From NCBI GenBank assembly GCA_964495255.1, contig CAZBVC010000007.1, forward strand, positions 274 to 64,273: DNA of 64,000 nt, written 5' to 3'. Both the position numbers and the translations under genes were made by a program. Each line of letters starts with the position of its first letter. Positions within the stretch are counted from its first letter, which is position 1. The stretch comes from an uncultured Oscillospiraceae bacterium. Its GTDB lineage: Bacteria > Bacillota > Clostridia > Christensenellales > CAG-138. The notes below the pieces were generated by a model. The model made no database searches, was not told the DNA's origin, and was given only the letters and a program-made list of their open reading frames with translations. Positions 13,987 to 22,513 of the stretch are shown piece after piece.

Positions 13987-15015
13987 ATGGAACAGAAGAA
14001 CGTTTTTCAAAGCATGACGGACGTCGGCGTGATCGCCGAAACGCGCGGCCTGTGCGGCGGCTGCGCACGGGAAAAAGCGGAGGGCGCAAAGAGCGGCGGC
14101 GTCAACGTCCTCACGGTCTCCATGCGATATGAGGAAGCTTTATCGGCGATCGAAACGGCGGGTCAAGCTGCGCTTATCGGCGCGGCGGATGTGCTTGACG
14201 GCGCCGAATGCGAGACGGCGCTCGGCGCAGGCGCAAAGTTTATCATTTCCGTCTCCTATGACGAGGCGATGGCGGCGCTTTGCCAAAAGAGCGGCGCGGC
14301 GTATATCCCGACCTGCGTGACGCCCGCCGAGATGGCAAAGGCGCGCAGCGCGGGCTTTTTGCTGCAATCCTTCTCGCCCGCCGCTTCCTACGGCGGCGCG
14401 GAAACGATCCAAGCGGTTTCCCGCCTGCTGCCCGACGTGAACTGGATCGTTATGGGCGGCGAAACGGATGAGGCGATGGACGATTACGCCGCGCTCGGGC
14501 ATGTGACCGCCGTTGGGTTAACGAACGTGTGCAGCCCGAAGATGAGCCGTGCGGACGTGGAGACGGCGTGCAAGCGCGCTGCGCTTCGGATGCTCGGCTT
14601 CGTCATGTTCCATCTCGGCGTCAACTGCGGCTGCGCGGAGGAAGCGCTCGCCACGGCGGAAAAGCTGAACGACGCGTTCGGGTTTGCCGTTGCCGAGGGG
14701 CCCGCCGCCTATTATGCGAGCGTGGGCTTACAGCGCATCGAAAACGAACTGATCGCGCCGGACGGCAACGTTGCGGGAACCACGCCGGGCGCATTCTACG
14801 TAACGACCGATTTTGAGATTATGAAGCATGGCACGCTCGGCAAAAACGGACACATCGCCATCCGTACCAACTCGATCGAACGCGCGATTGTATACCTCGC
14901 GAACAAGGGGTATACCTTTAATATGGGAACGGCGTATCATATGGGCGAGCGATTCTTCACCATATATTTGAACGACGAGTTCGGCGGGTTTGCCGTGCAT
15001 CTGTTCCAGAAATAA
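13987..15015 (+). CDS. KDPG/KHG-aldolase-like domain fused to a VOC (glyoxalase-like) domain
   Basis: The N-terminal ~200 aa are collinear with Eda (GGVNVLTVSMRY..., GAGAKFIIS, IPTCVTPAEM, LQSFSPA, VMGGE). The C-terminal ~140 aa are VOC-like (FHLGVNC..., GHIAIRTNSIERAIVYL). RBS GGGAGGAG. Confidence 0.7.
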   Translation: MEQKNVFQSMTDVGVIAETRGLCGGCAREKAEGAKSGGVNVLTVSMRYEEALSAIETAGQAALIGAADVLDGAECETALGAGAKFIISVSYDEAMAALCQKSGAAYIPTCVTPAEMAKARSAGFLLQSFSPAASYGGAETIQAVSRLLPDVNWIVMGGETDEAMDDYAALGHVTAVGLTNVCSPKMSRADVETACKRAALRMLGFVMFHLGVNCGCAEEALATAEKLNDAFGFAVAEGPAAYYASVGLQRIENELIAPDGNVAGTTPGAFYVTTDFEIMKHGTLGKNGHIAIRTNSIERAIVYLANKGYTFNMGTAYHMGERFFTIYLNDEFGGFAVHLFQK

Positions 15016-15037
15016 AGTCGGAAGCGACCGAAAACAA

Positions 15038-15071
15038 AACAGCAGGCGAGCCAAAACGCTTGCCTGCTGTT
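15038..15071. terminator. Bidirectional terminator between the convergent Eda-like and DeoR genes
   Basis: 10-bp stem AACAGCAGGC / GCCTGCTGTT, A-rich 5' flank, T-rich 3' flank. Confidence 0.55.
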
Positions 15072-15132
15072 GATTCTGTTTGGCGTTTCGCGCGTGCTGC
15101 GTCGCAAGTCGAATAAAAATGAAGGAGAGCTG

Positions 15133-15894
15133 CTATTTGTTCGCGCTTAGGATGCGAACGCCCTTTTGCCGACAATACTCGGTAAAGTGCGCGTCGGGCA
15201 TGCGGTCGGTCACGATCGCGGCCAGCTCGTCCACCTCGCAGAATTTCATCAGCGCCGCGCGCCCGAATTTCGAGCCGTCCGCCATCAGGATCTTCTGACC
15301 GCCGTTGTGCGCAACGTGCCGCTTGATTTCAACCTCCGCATAGGTGGAATTCGTTACGCCGTGTTCGACGGAGATGCCCGTCGTGGCGACAAGCACATAG
15401 TCGATACGCATTTGAGAAAGCATCTCGATGATGGATCCGCCGACGGTAGAGCCCGTAGAGTGGTTATACAGACCGCCGAGCAGGATAATGTTGAAATCGT
15501 CGAACTTGCGCGCCTCGATCAGCGCGTCCAGACTGGTCGTTACCAGCGTGATGCTCGTCTTGCCCGCCAAATGCGGAATGATCTGCATGGTTGTGGAACC
15601 TGTATCGATGTAAACCGTAGAATGATCGGGAATCAGCGATGCGGCAAGCGCGCCGATCGCCATCTTCTCGTTGATGGAGCGGTGCAGCCGGTCGTTGATG
15701 GAGGAAGGCGCGGCTTCGTCCAGCGTGGAGACGCCTCCGTAGACCTTTCGCACATTGCCGCGCAGCAAAAGCTCCGCAACGTCGCGCCGAACGGTATTCA
15801 TGGAGATGCCGTATTTCTCGGCAAGGTCTTCAAGCGATACCGCGCGATGCTGGATGATGTACTGTTCCATGTCGTTGATGCGGTTCAGTCTCAT
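15133..15894 (-). CDS. DeoR-family transcriptional regulator
   Basis: MRLNRINDMEQYIIQHRAVSLEDLAEKYGISMNTVRRDVAEL winged-helix N-terminus plus a DeoR C-terminal sugar-phosphate-binding domain. Confidence 0.9.
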   Translation of the reverse strand: MRLNRINDMEQYIIQHRAVSLEDLAEKYGISMNTVRRDVAELLLRGNVRKVYGGVSTLDEAAPSSINDRLHRSINEKMAIGALAASLIPDHSTVYIDTGSTTMQIIPHLAGKTSITLVTTSLDALIEARKFDDFNIILLGGLYNHSTGSTVGGSIIEMLSQMRIDYVLVATTGISVEHGVTNSTYAEVEIKRHVAHNGGQKILMADGSKFGRAALMKFCEVDELAAIVTDRMPDAHFTEYCRQKGVRILSANK

Positions 15895-16148
15895 AAAAAG
15901 GAAAGTCCTTTCCGACTCTTTCGCGGAAATGTGTTTGCGCGTATCCACGTTTCCTAGCGATTTGAGTATATCACAAGTTCATTAATTTGTGCAACAGTTC
16001 ATAACAACTTTTCCATTTTTGTTTTTGAAATTCCCGATAATTCCGCGATTTATGAGTTCTTTTTTCCCGCGCCGTTTCGGGAAACACAAGCTTTGAATCA
16101 ACAGTTGCTCAAAAAGTAACTTTTTGTAAGGAGGAACGGCAAAAAATA

Positions 16149-16202
16149 TTGACAAATTTTGAAATAGTTGTTGACGAAATGATTAAGTATTGATAATATA
16201 AT
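16149..16202 (+). promoter_or_regulatory. AT-rich promoter region upstream of the beta-hydroxyacid dehydrogenase gene
   Basis: TTGACA (16149-16154) and TTGACG (16171-16176), followed by TAATAT/TATAAT (16194-16202). The exact -35/-10 pairing is ambiguous. Confidence 0.35.
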
Positions 16203-16316
16203 GGGCAATCAATGAAAATATTTATCTTGGAATCTATGCGCCAAGGGAATTGCGGAAAACGCCGATCAAAGGAACCATATAAGAACCGCGCACGGCGCAA
16301 AAAAACGGAGGCATCC

Positions 16317-17201
16317 ATGAAAATAGGATTTATCGGTCTCGGGATCATGGGCAAGCCCATGGCAAAGAATCTTGTCAAAGCGGGTTATGAGCTGATGGTG
16401 TTCGACCTGGTGCCCGCGGCTGTGGACGAACTGGTTTCCTGCGGCGCGACGAAGGCGTCCTCCATAGCGGAGATCGCCTCGTCCTGCCAAACGATTATCA
16501 CCATGCTGCCCAACGGGCCGCAGGTCAAGTCCGTCGTGCTCGGCGAGGGCGGCGTCATTCATTACGCAAAACCCGGCACGCTGATCATCGACAACAGCTC
16601 GATTTCGCCCGTGGCGACCGAGGAGGTTCATGCGGCGCTTGCGGCGAAGGGCGTCCGCTTGCTGGACGCGCCCGTGTCCGGCGCAGAAGCGAAGGCGATC
16701 GACGGAACGCTTGCCATCATGGTCGGCGGCGACGAAAAAGACTTTGCCGAGGCAAAGCCGATATTGGACGTTATGGGCGGCAAGGTGACGCTGGTCGGGC
16801 CTTCCGGCAGCGGCAGCGCGTGCAAGCTCACCAATCAGATTATCATCGCGGTTTCCATGGCGGCGGTGAGCGAGGCGTTTATGCTGGCGAAAAAGTCGGG
16901 CTGCGACCTCGAGAAGGTGTTTGAGGCGATCAACACGGGGTTTGCGGGTTCGGCGGTTATGAATTCCACCGTGCCGCGCATTCTGGCGCGTAACTTTGCG
17001 CCCGGGTTCAAGATCGATCTGCATAAAAAAGACCTGACCAACGCCGTGGAGGCTGCGGATCGCTACGACGCGCCCGTACCGCTTGCGCGCGAGCTGCTCG
17101 CGGTGTTGCAGGAGCTGCATGACGACGGGAACGGCTGCTGCGATAACAGCGGAATCGCGCTTTATTACGAAAAGCTCGCGGGCGAGCAATATACCGATTA
17201 A
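16317..17201 (+). CDS. Beta-hydroxyacid dehydrogenase (GarR / tartronate semialdehyde reductase / L-threonate dehydrogenase-like)
   Basis: MKIGFIGLGIMGKPMAKNL Rossmann start 8 nt after GGAGG. DAPVSGAEAKAIDGTLAIMVGG and KLTNQ motifs of the 3-hydroxyisobutyrate dehydrogenase family. Confidence 0.85.
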   Translation: MKIGFIGLGIMGKPMAKNLVKAGYELMVFDLVPAAVDELVSCGATKASSIAEIASSCQTIITMLPNGPQVKSVVLGEGGVIHYAKPGTLIIDNSSISPVATEEVHAALAAKGVRLLDAPVSGAEAKAIDGTLAIMVGGDEKDFAEAKPILDVMGGKVTLVGPSGSGSACKLTNQIIIAVSMAAVSEAFMLAKKSGCDLEKVFEAINTGFAGSAVMNSTVPRILARNFAPGFKIDLHKKDLTNAVEAADRYDAPVPLARELLAVLQELHDDGNGCCDNSGIALYYEKLAGEQYTD

Positions 17202-17241
17202 CACACGTCGTCTCGACGCGATTTTGCAGGAGGATAAAACA

Positions 17242-18258
17242 ATGGAAACGAAAGCGATACCGGTTCTCTCGATTATTTTGGGCGATCACGCGGGCAGCAG
17301 CCCCGAGCTTGCCGCGAAGGTAATTCTTGCGAAAGACGATTCCTATACGGCGGTTTTCGTCGGCAACAAGGCGCGCTATGAAATATCCGCGAAGGCGGTT
17401 GCGGGCGCGGACATAATTCATTTGATCGATTGGGACGGCAAGACGCGTCCTGCGCAGACGGACAATATCTACGATGTGTATTTCTTCGACGTACCCGCAG
17501 GAAAGGACATCGAGTTTTCCAAGGTAACGGCGGACAGCGGCAAGCTGCAATACGACTCCATCGTCGCTTCGATCGAGCTGGAAAAGCGCGGCATGATCGA
17601 CGGCATGCTCATGGCGCCCATCACGAAGGCGGGCTTTCATGCGGCGGGGTTCGATTTTAACACCGAGTTTGATCTGTTCGGTCAGCTTTACGGCACGGGT
17701 GTCGCGGCGTCTGTCGTCAAAGCGGAAACGTATTTCCGTTCGACCGTCGTCGGTCATTGCCCGTTCCGCGAGATTGCCGACCGCATCACGAAGGACAGCG
17801 TCAAGAAAACGGTGAGGCGCCTCTATACGAACATGCAGTATTTCATGAAGCCCGAGGACTGTCATATCGCGGTCGCGGCGCTGAATCCGCACGCGGGCGA
17901 GGGCGGCATCTTCGGCGACGAGGAAATTACGATTCTGACGCCCGCCATCGAGGAATTGCGCGCGGAGGGGATCGATGTGTTCGGCCCGTGGCCGAGCGAC
18001 ACGGCGCTCAACCGCGTGAAGAAGGGGCTGGCGAACGGCATCGTCTACCTGTATCACGATCAGGGCAACATCGCCCAAAAAGCGGCGGAGTTCGGCGGTC
18101 TGGTGCTGATCTATATCAATATCGGCGGCGTGATCGTCTCCGTGGGACACGGCCCGGCATACGGCAAAGCGGGCAAGGGAACCGCGGACGCGGGCAACAT
18201 GATCGAGAGCATGAAGGTGCTTTGCGCGATCGCAAGCAAGCGCATCAACGCGAAATAA
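17242..18258 (+). CDS. PdxA-family NAD-dependent (decarboxylating) dehydrogenase
   Basis: 338 aa from METKAIPV (RBS AGGAGGA). ALNPHAGEGG and YLYHDQGNIA motifs typical of PdxA/PdxA2. Confidence 0.85.
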   Translation: METKAIPVLSIILGDHAGSSPELAAKVILAKDDSYTAVFVGNKARYEISAKAVAGADIIHLIDWDGKTRPAQTDNIYDVYFFDVPAGKDIEFSKVTADSGKLQYDSIVASIELEKRGMIDGMLMAPITKAGFHAAGFDFNTEFDLFGQLYGTGVAASVVKAETYFRSTVVGHCPFREIADRITKDSVKKTVRRLYTNMQYFMKPEDCHIAVAALNPHAGEGGIFGDEEITILTPAIEELRAEGIDVFGPWPSDTALNRVKKGLANGIVYLYHDQGNIAQKAAEFGGLVLIYINIGGVIVSVGHGPAYGKAGKGTADAGNMIESMKVLCAIASKRINAK

Positions 18259-18283
18259 AGCGCGAAGGCGGGGGAAAAGCGGC

Positions 18284-19171
18284 ATGCATGATGTGGTTAC
18301 GTTCGTAACGCCCTATCTGAACATCTACGTCAAGAGCTACCTGATCGAGACGGAGCAATACAACGTGTTCATCGATTCGGGGCTCGCAAGCAACGCGCAA
18401 AACCTCCTGCCGTACTTGAAGAACGGCAAACGGAACGTGCTGCTCATGACGCACGGGCATTGGGATCACATCGGCTGCAACCGGCTCTTGCACGATCATG
18501 GCGCGGAAATCTATGCGCATCCGGCGGATTATATCTTCTTTGAAGATTTCTTCTGGCATTGGGAGTACGGCTTCGGTCAGTTTGAAAACGACATGGTCGT
18601 GCCGCCCGCGCGCAGGGAGGTCTTTTGGCGGGAGATCGGCAAGCCCGCGCCCGTCGATCAATTCGTCAAGCATGGCGAAACCCTCGCGTTTGATGATTTG
18701 AGCTTGCAGGTGATCGACCTTGCGGGGCATTCCCGCGGGTGCATCGGGTTTTTCGATGCGGAAAGCGGCGCGCTGTTTACCGGGGACGCGCTGATGGGCA
18801 ACGGCTTTTTCGGCGGCATGGCGCAGTATTGCGACTTTGCCTCCTACGTCGCCTCCATGAACCGCATTGTCGAGTTGAACCCCGAAATCACCTATACCGA
18901 CCATACCGATCCGCTTTTTTCGGGCGGCGGCAAGGCGACGGCGACCGGTTCGATTGACTTTGCCGAACAGGCGAAGGAGAATGTCGAAACGTTTGTCCGC
19001 ACCGTGAGCGGCGAAATCAGGCTTTCCGACGCGGCGAATTTTATCGCGGCGCGCGCGGAACGGAAGATGGGCGGCGGGGCGTGCATAACCGCTTTGAACC
19101 ACTTGAACGACCTAAGGGCGTCCGACGAACGGATTGCCCGCTGCGCGGAGCGTTATATTTGCAGCATGTAA
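18284..19171 (+). CDS. MBL-fold metallo-hydrolase
   Basis: LLMTHGHWDHIGC (HxHxDH) motif. 295 aa. Confidence 0.85.
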   Translation: MHDVVTFVTPYLNIYVKSYLIETEQYNVFIDSGLASNAQNLLPYLKNGKRNVLLMTHGHWDHIGCNRLLHDHGAEIYAHPADYIFFEDFFWHWEYGFGQFENDMVVPPARREVFWREIGKPAPVDQFVKHGETLAFDDLSLQVIDLAGHSRGCIGFFDAESGALFTGDALMGNGFFGGMAQYCDFASYVASMNRIVELNPEITYTDHTDPLFSGGGKATATGSIDFAEQAKENVETFVRTVSGEIRLSDAANFIAARAERKMGGGACITALNHLNDLRASDERIARCAERYICSM

Positions 19172-19278
19172 AACCCTCTTTCTTTCTGTAAAGAAAGAAT
19201 CGGAGAAGCTGCGCGGAGCGCTATATTTGCAGCATGTAAAACCCTCTTTCTTTCTGTAAAGAAAGAATCGGAGAAGCT
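19140..19278. repeat. Tandem direct duplication, 68-bp unit, about 2 copies
   Basis: 19141-19208 and 19209-19276 differ at one base (T19153 versus C19221). Each unit carries the last 10 codons and stop of the MBL gene plus a 9-bp hairpin TCTTTCTTT-CTGT-AAAGAAAGA (19177-19198 and 19245-19266). Confidence 0.9.
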
Positions 19279-19356
19279 ACGCGAAAACCACGGTGATCAA
19301 TGTGTGCGAAATCAGGATCGCGCGCATTGCGCATAAAAAAAACGGAGGTAGAGTCA

Positions 19357-20460
19357 ATGAAAAAGTTCCTGTGTGTCCTTCTGACGCTGGCCATGGTACT
19401 GAGCCTTGTAGCATGCGCCAAGACCGAACCCGCCGCAACACCTGCGGCAGAGACTGCGACCGAAGAGCCGAAGGCGGAAGAACCCAAGGCGGAGGAGCCG
19501 AAGGCGGAAGAATCCGTTGCCGTCGAAGCAAAGGTCATGAAGATCGCCGGCACGATGTCTCAGGCGGAGACCGACGGCGAGTATAACGGAACGAAGAAGT
19601 TCGCAGAACTCGTCGAACAATACACCAACGGCTCCATCAAGGTCGAGATCTACCCGTCCAGCCAGCTCGGCGGTCAGACCGAGTTCTCCGAGGGCGTGCA
19701 GATGGGCTCCATCGAAGCCTGCGTGCTCGGTCCTTCCTATTTCGGCACGAGCGATCCGTTCATGTACTTCCTCGAAATGCCGTATCTGTTCAAAGACTTG
19801 CAGCATGCGCGCAACCTTTGGGAGACCGACAACGAAGCCAAGAAGCAGGTTGACGAGCATCTTGCCGCGCTGAACCTCATCTCCGTCGGCACGCTGTATC
19901 GCAGCCCCCGCGTATGGTGCAACAACAAGAACGCCGTCAAGTCAACCGCCGATAACGCGGGCATCAAGATGCGCACGCCCGAGAGCCCGATCAGCACCGC
20001 GCTGGTTACCGCCATGGGCGCCAACCCCGTTACCGTCGCTTGGGCGGAGGTTTACACCGCGCTGCAAAACGGCATGGTGGACGGCGTTGAGAACACCATC
20101 ACCGAGCTGTACAACAACAACATGCACGAAGTCGTCAAGTATTGCTCCGAGACGAACCACATGCTGAACGCGCAGGGCATCCTCGTTTCCAAGACCTGGT
20201 TCGAGGGCTTGACCGCGGACGAGCAGGACGCCATCAAGAAGGCGGGTCTCGAAGCGACCATTTGGCGCGCTGAGCAGCTCCAATCCGAAGTTGAGAAGTG
20301 CTGGCAGGGCTTTGTGGACAAGGGCGTTGAGATCACCTATCAGGCAGACCTCGACATGGACAGCTTCACCACCGCCGCCCAGTCCGTCCTTGACAAGTAC
20401 ATTGCGGAAGGCAACTTCACGCAGGAGTTCATCGACCTCGTCAAGGGTCTGGCTTCCTAA
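19357..20460 (+). CDS. dctP: TRAP transporter substrate-binding lipoprotein (DctP family)
   Basis: MKKFLCVLLTLAMVLSLVAC lipobox signal 7 nt after GGAGG. DctP-like body (YPSSQLGG, RSPRVW). Confidence 0.9.
   Translation: MKKFLCVLLTLAMVLSLVACAKTEPAATPAAETATEEPKAEEPKAEEPKAEESVAVEAKVMKIAGTMSQAETDGEYNGTKKFAELVEQYTNGSIKVEIYPSSQLGGQTEFSEGVQMGSIEACVLGPSYFGTSDPFMYFLEMPYLFKDLQHARNLWETDNEAKKQVDEHLAALNLISVGTLYRSPRVWCNNKNAVKSTADNAGIKMRTPESPISTALVTAMGANPVTVAWAEVYTALQNGMVDGVENTITELYNNNMHEVVKYCSETNHMLNAQGILVSKTWFEGLTADEQDAIKKAGLEATIWRAEQLQSEVEKCWQGFVDKGVEITYQADLDMDSFTTAAQSVLDKYIAEGNFTQEFIDLVKGLAS
19462..19506 (+). repeat. In-frame 3 x 15-bp repeat encoding (EEPKA)3 in the DctP lipoprotein linker
   Basis: GAAGAGCCGAAGGCG / GAAGAACCCAAGGCG / GAGGAGCCGAAGGCG, read directly. 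Confidence 0.9.
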
Positions 20461-20481
20461 GCGAACGAATCGTTACGTCTC

Positions 20482-20511
20482 ATCGGAGGTCGGTTTGCGC
20501 CGGCCTCCGAT
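20482..20511 (+). other. Intra-operon stem-loop downstream of dctP, no U-tract
   Basis: ATCGGAGGTCGG-TTTGCG-CCGGCCTCCGAT forms a 12-bp stem with one G-U pair. It is followed by ATCCAAAG. Confidence 0.6.
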
Positions 20512-20574
20512 ATCCAAAGAAAGCGCGAGCTCCAAAGAAACCCGGAATAAGGATGTATCGGAGGATGAACCATT

Positions 20575-21111
20575 ATGTTTGAACAGAAATTCAATCGCTT
20601 TTGCGATAAGGTGGTAACGGTGATCAAGGGCTTCACGGGCATCCTCTTACTTGCCATGCTGCTCGTCGTCGTGTTTCAGGTGTTTTGGCGCGGTCTGTTG
20701 AAGCTGCCGACGCCTTGGACGGAGGAAGCCTCCACCTATCTTGTAACTTATATTACGTTTATCGGCGGCATCGCCGTTATGATTCGCGGCGAACACCTTA
20801 CCATCGATCTGGTAACCGAGCATGTATCCGAAAAGATGCGCGCGTGGTTTCAGGTCATCTATTGCGCTGTGTTCCTGTTTGTATGCGGCTATCTGGCGTT
20901 TTACGGCGCGCAGCTTTGCCTGAGTCCCTTGATCTACAAATCCCGTTCCATCGCCATGCAGATTCCCAAGGTCATCGTCTATGCGGTGATGCCGTTCAGC
21001 ATGGGTCTGAGCGTGATCTACAACGTATTCCATCTTTATTTCCTCATCAAACATATCGTAACCGACGGCAAGAAGACGGATCAAGTCGCTGCGGAGAATG
21101 CGGCGGCGTAA
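20575..21111 (+). CDS. dctQ: TRAP transporter small permease (DctQ family)
   Basis: 178 aa, four hydrophobic segments. RBS GGAGGA. Sits between dctP and dctM. Confidence 0.85.
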   Translation: MFEQKFNRFCDKVVTVIKGFTGILLLAMLLVVVFQVFWRGLLKLPTPWTEEASTYLVTYITFIGGIAVMIRGEHLTIDLVTEHVSEKMRAWFQVIYCAVFLFVCGYLAFYGAQLCLSPLIYKSRSIAMQIPKVIVYAVMPFSMGLSVIYNVFHLYFLIKHIVTDGKKTDQVAAENAAA

Positions 21112-21198
21112 AACGCCTTCTGATGGTATGAAAAGCCGCGGCGCCTTCCGTAAATCGCGCCGTTGCAAAACTTAAATATTTTAAGAATGAGGATCATT

Positions 21199-22476
21199 AT
21201 GAGCGCAATCGTATGGAGCGGAATGGTTCTGTTGCTCGTCATCGGTTTGCCCATCGGCTTTGCCCTGACGGCGCTTTCCATCATCCTGCTTGCCACCAGC
21301 GGAACGTCTACGCCTTTTGCCATCGCACAAAAATCCGTTACCAGCTTGCAGTCGTTCACCATGCTCGCGATTCCCTTCTTCATGCTCGCCGGCAACGCTA
21401 TGTCGGAAACAAACGTATCAAAAAAGATCTTTAACTTCGCCGGCAGTCTCGTTCGTCATCTGCCGGGCGGCATGGCGCATGTCAACATCCTTTGCAGCAT
21501 GCTCCTTGCCGGAACGTCAGGCTCCGCCGTTGCGGACGTTACGGGCGTGGGCAAATTGGAGATTGACGCCATGGAGGACGCGGGCATGGATCGCGACTTT
21601 GCCGCGGCGACCACGGCGGCGTCCGCCTGCATCGCGCCCATCATCCCGCCTAGCATGAGCATGGTCATATACGCCTCCATTTCGGGCGTTTCCATCGGCA
21701 AGATGCTTTTCGGCGGGCTCGTACCCGGCGTCCTGCTGGGCGTGGCGATGATGATCTACGCTTATTTTTACAGCAAACGCAAAAACTTCCCGATCCAGCC
21801 GCGCGTTACGTTCGGTGAGTTCGGGAAAACGTTTGTGGACGCAATCCCCGCGCTGATGCTGCCCGTCATCATATTGGGCGGCATACTGGGCGGCATCTTT
21901 ACCGCGACGGAAGCGGCGGCGGTCGGCTCGTTTTACGCGATTTTGCTGGGACTGTTGTTCTATCGCAACCTCAGCTTGAAGAAGCTGTTCGTCATCCTCG
22001 GCAACACGGCATTCCTCTGCGCAACGACGATGTGTATCATGTATGGCTCGTCCGTGTTCGGTCTCGTGCTCACGCAGAATCAGATTCCGCAGAAGCTCTG
22101 TGCGTTCTTCGTGAATCTTTCCGAACAGCGCTGGATCATCGTGATTTGTGTGAACATCATGCTGCTCATTCTCGGCTGCCTGATGGACTGCACGCCGATT
22201 CTCATCATTTTGAGCGGCACGCTCGCCCTGCTTGCCCAACAGCTCGGCATGGATCCCGTCCAGTTCGGCGTCATGGTCGTTTTGAACGTGACCATCGGGC
22301 TTATCACGCCGCCGGTCGGCATGATCCTGTTCGTGACCCAAAAGGTGGCGGGCATCAGCACAAAGCGAATGTTTACCGTCGTTTGGCCCTATGTGGGCAT
22401 GATGCTCATCGTGCTCATGCTCGTAGCCTTCATTCCGCAAATCAGCGTTTGGGTGCCGAACCTGCTGATCAGATAG
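21199..22476 (+). CDS. dctM: TRAP transporter large permease (DctM family), copy 1
   Basis: 425 aa from MSAIVWSG. Typical DctM sequence (AIPFFMLAGNAM, GTSGSAVADV). Confidence 0.9.
   Translation: MSAIVWSGMVLLLVIGLPIGFALTALSIILLATSGTSTPFAIAQKSVTSLQSFTMLAIPFFMLAGNAMSETNVSKKIFNFAGSLVRHLPGGMAHVNILCSMLLAGTSGSAVADVTGVGKLEIDAMEDAGMDRDFAAATTAASACIAPIIPPSMSMVIYASISGVSIGKMLFGGLVPGVLLGVAMMIYAYFYSKRKNFPIQPRVTFGEFGKTFVDAIPALMLPVIILGGILGGIFTATEAAAVGSFYAILLGLLFYRNLSLKKLFVILGNTAFLCATTMCIMYGSSVFGLVLTQNQIPQKLCAFFVNLSEQRWIIVICVNIMLLILGCLMDCTPILIILSGTLALLAQQLGMDPVQFGVMVVLNVTIGLITPPVGMILFVTQKVAGISTKRMFTVVWPYVGMMLIVLMLVAFIPQISVWVPNLLIR
21346..22415. repeat. Identical core of the dctM tandem duplication (copy 1)
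   Basis: 1,070 nt in which I found no mismatch against 22661-23730 (offset 1,315 nt). All ORF-track translations in sense and antisense frames are identical. Confidence 0.85.
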
Positions 22477-22513
22477 CGGAGAAAGCGAAAATTCGGAAAG
22501 GAACTTTTCTCAA

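Noticed and set aside
16212-16316. 5' extensions of track ORFs into upstream genes or leaders. Examples: 16212 for the GarR-like gene, 17083 for pdxA-like, 19300 for dctP, 25194 for the racemase-like gene, 28375 for larA, 51114/51386/52311/53920/54948 for the cit genes, 61681 for the aroE-like gene and 62836 for dctQ.
   Set aside because: In every case an internal ATG preceded by a GGAGG-like RBS at 5-10 nt gives the canonical family N-terminus. The extension also overlaps the preceding gene in another frame.
19140-19278. A CRISPR-like array, considered for this tandem repeat and for the duplicated hairpins at 35283/35507.
   Set aside because: Each has only two repeat copies. The 68-bp units abut with no spacer. 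The 35-kb pair is separated by a single 196-nt structured segment. No cas genes are present in the window.
19221-19553. 110-aa minus-strand ORF with the repetitive SSAFGSSALGSSAFGSS sequence.
   Set aside because: It is the antisense reading of the (EEPKA)3 linker repeat and signal peptide of the dctP lipoprotein gene, and it begins inside the 68-bp tandem duplication.
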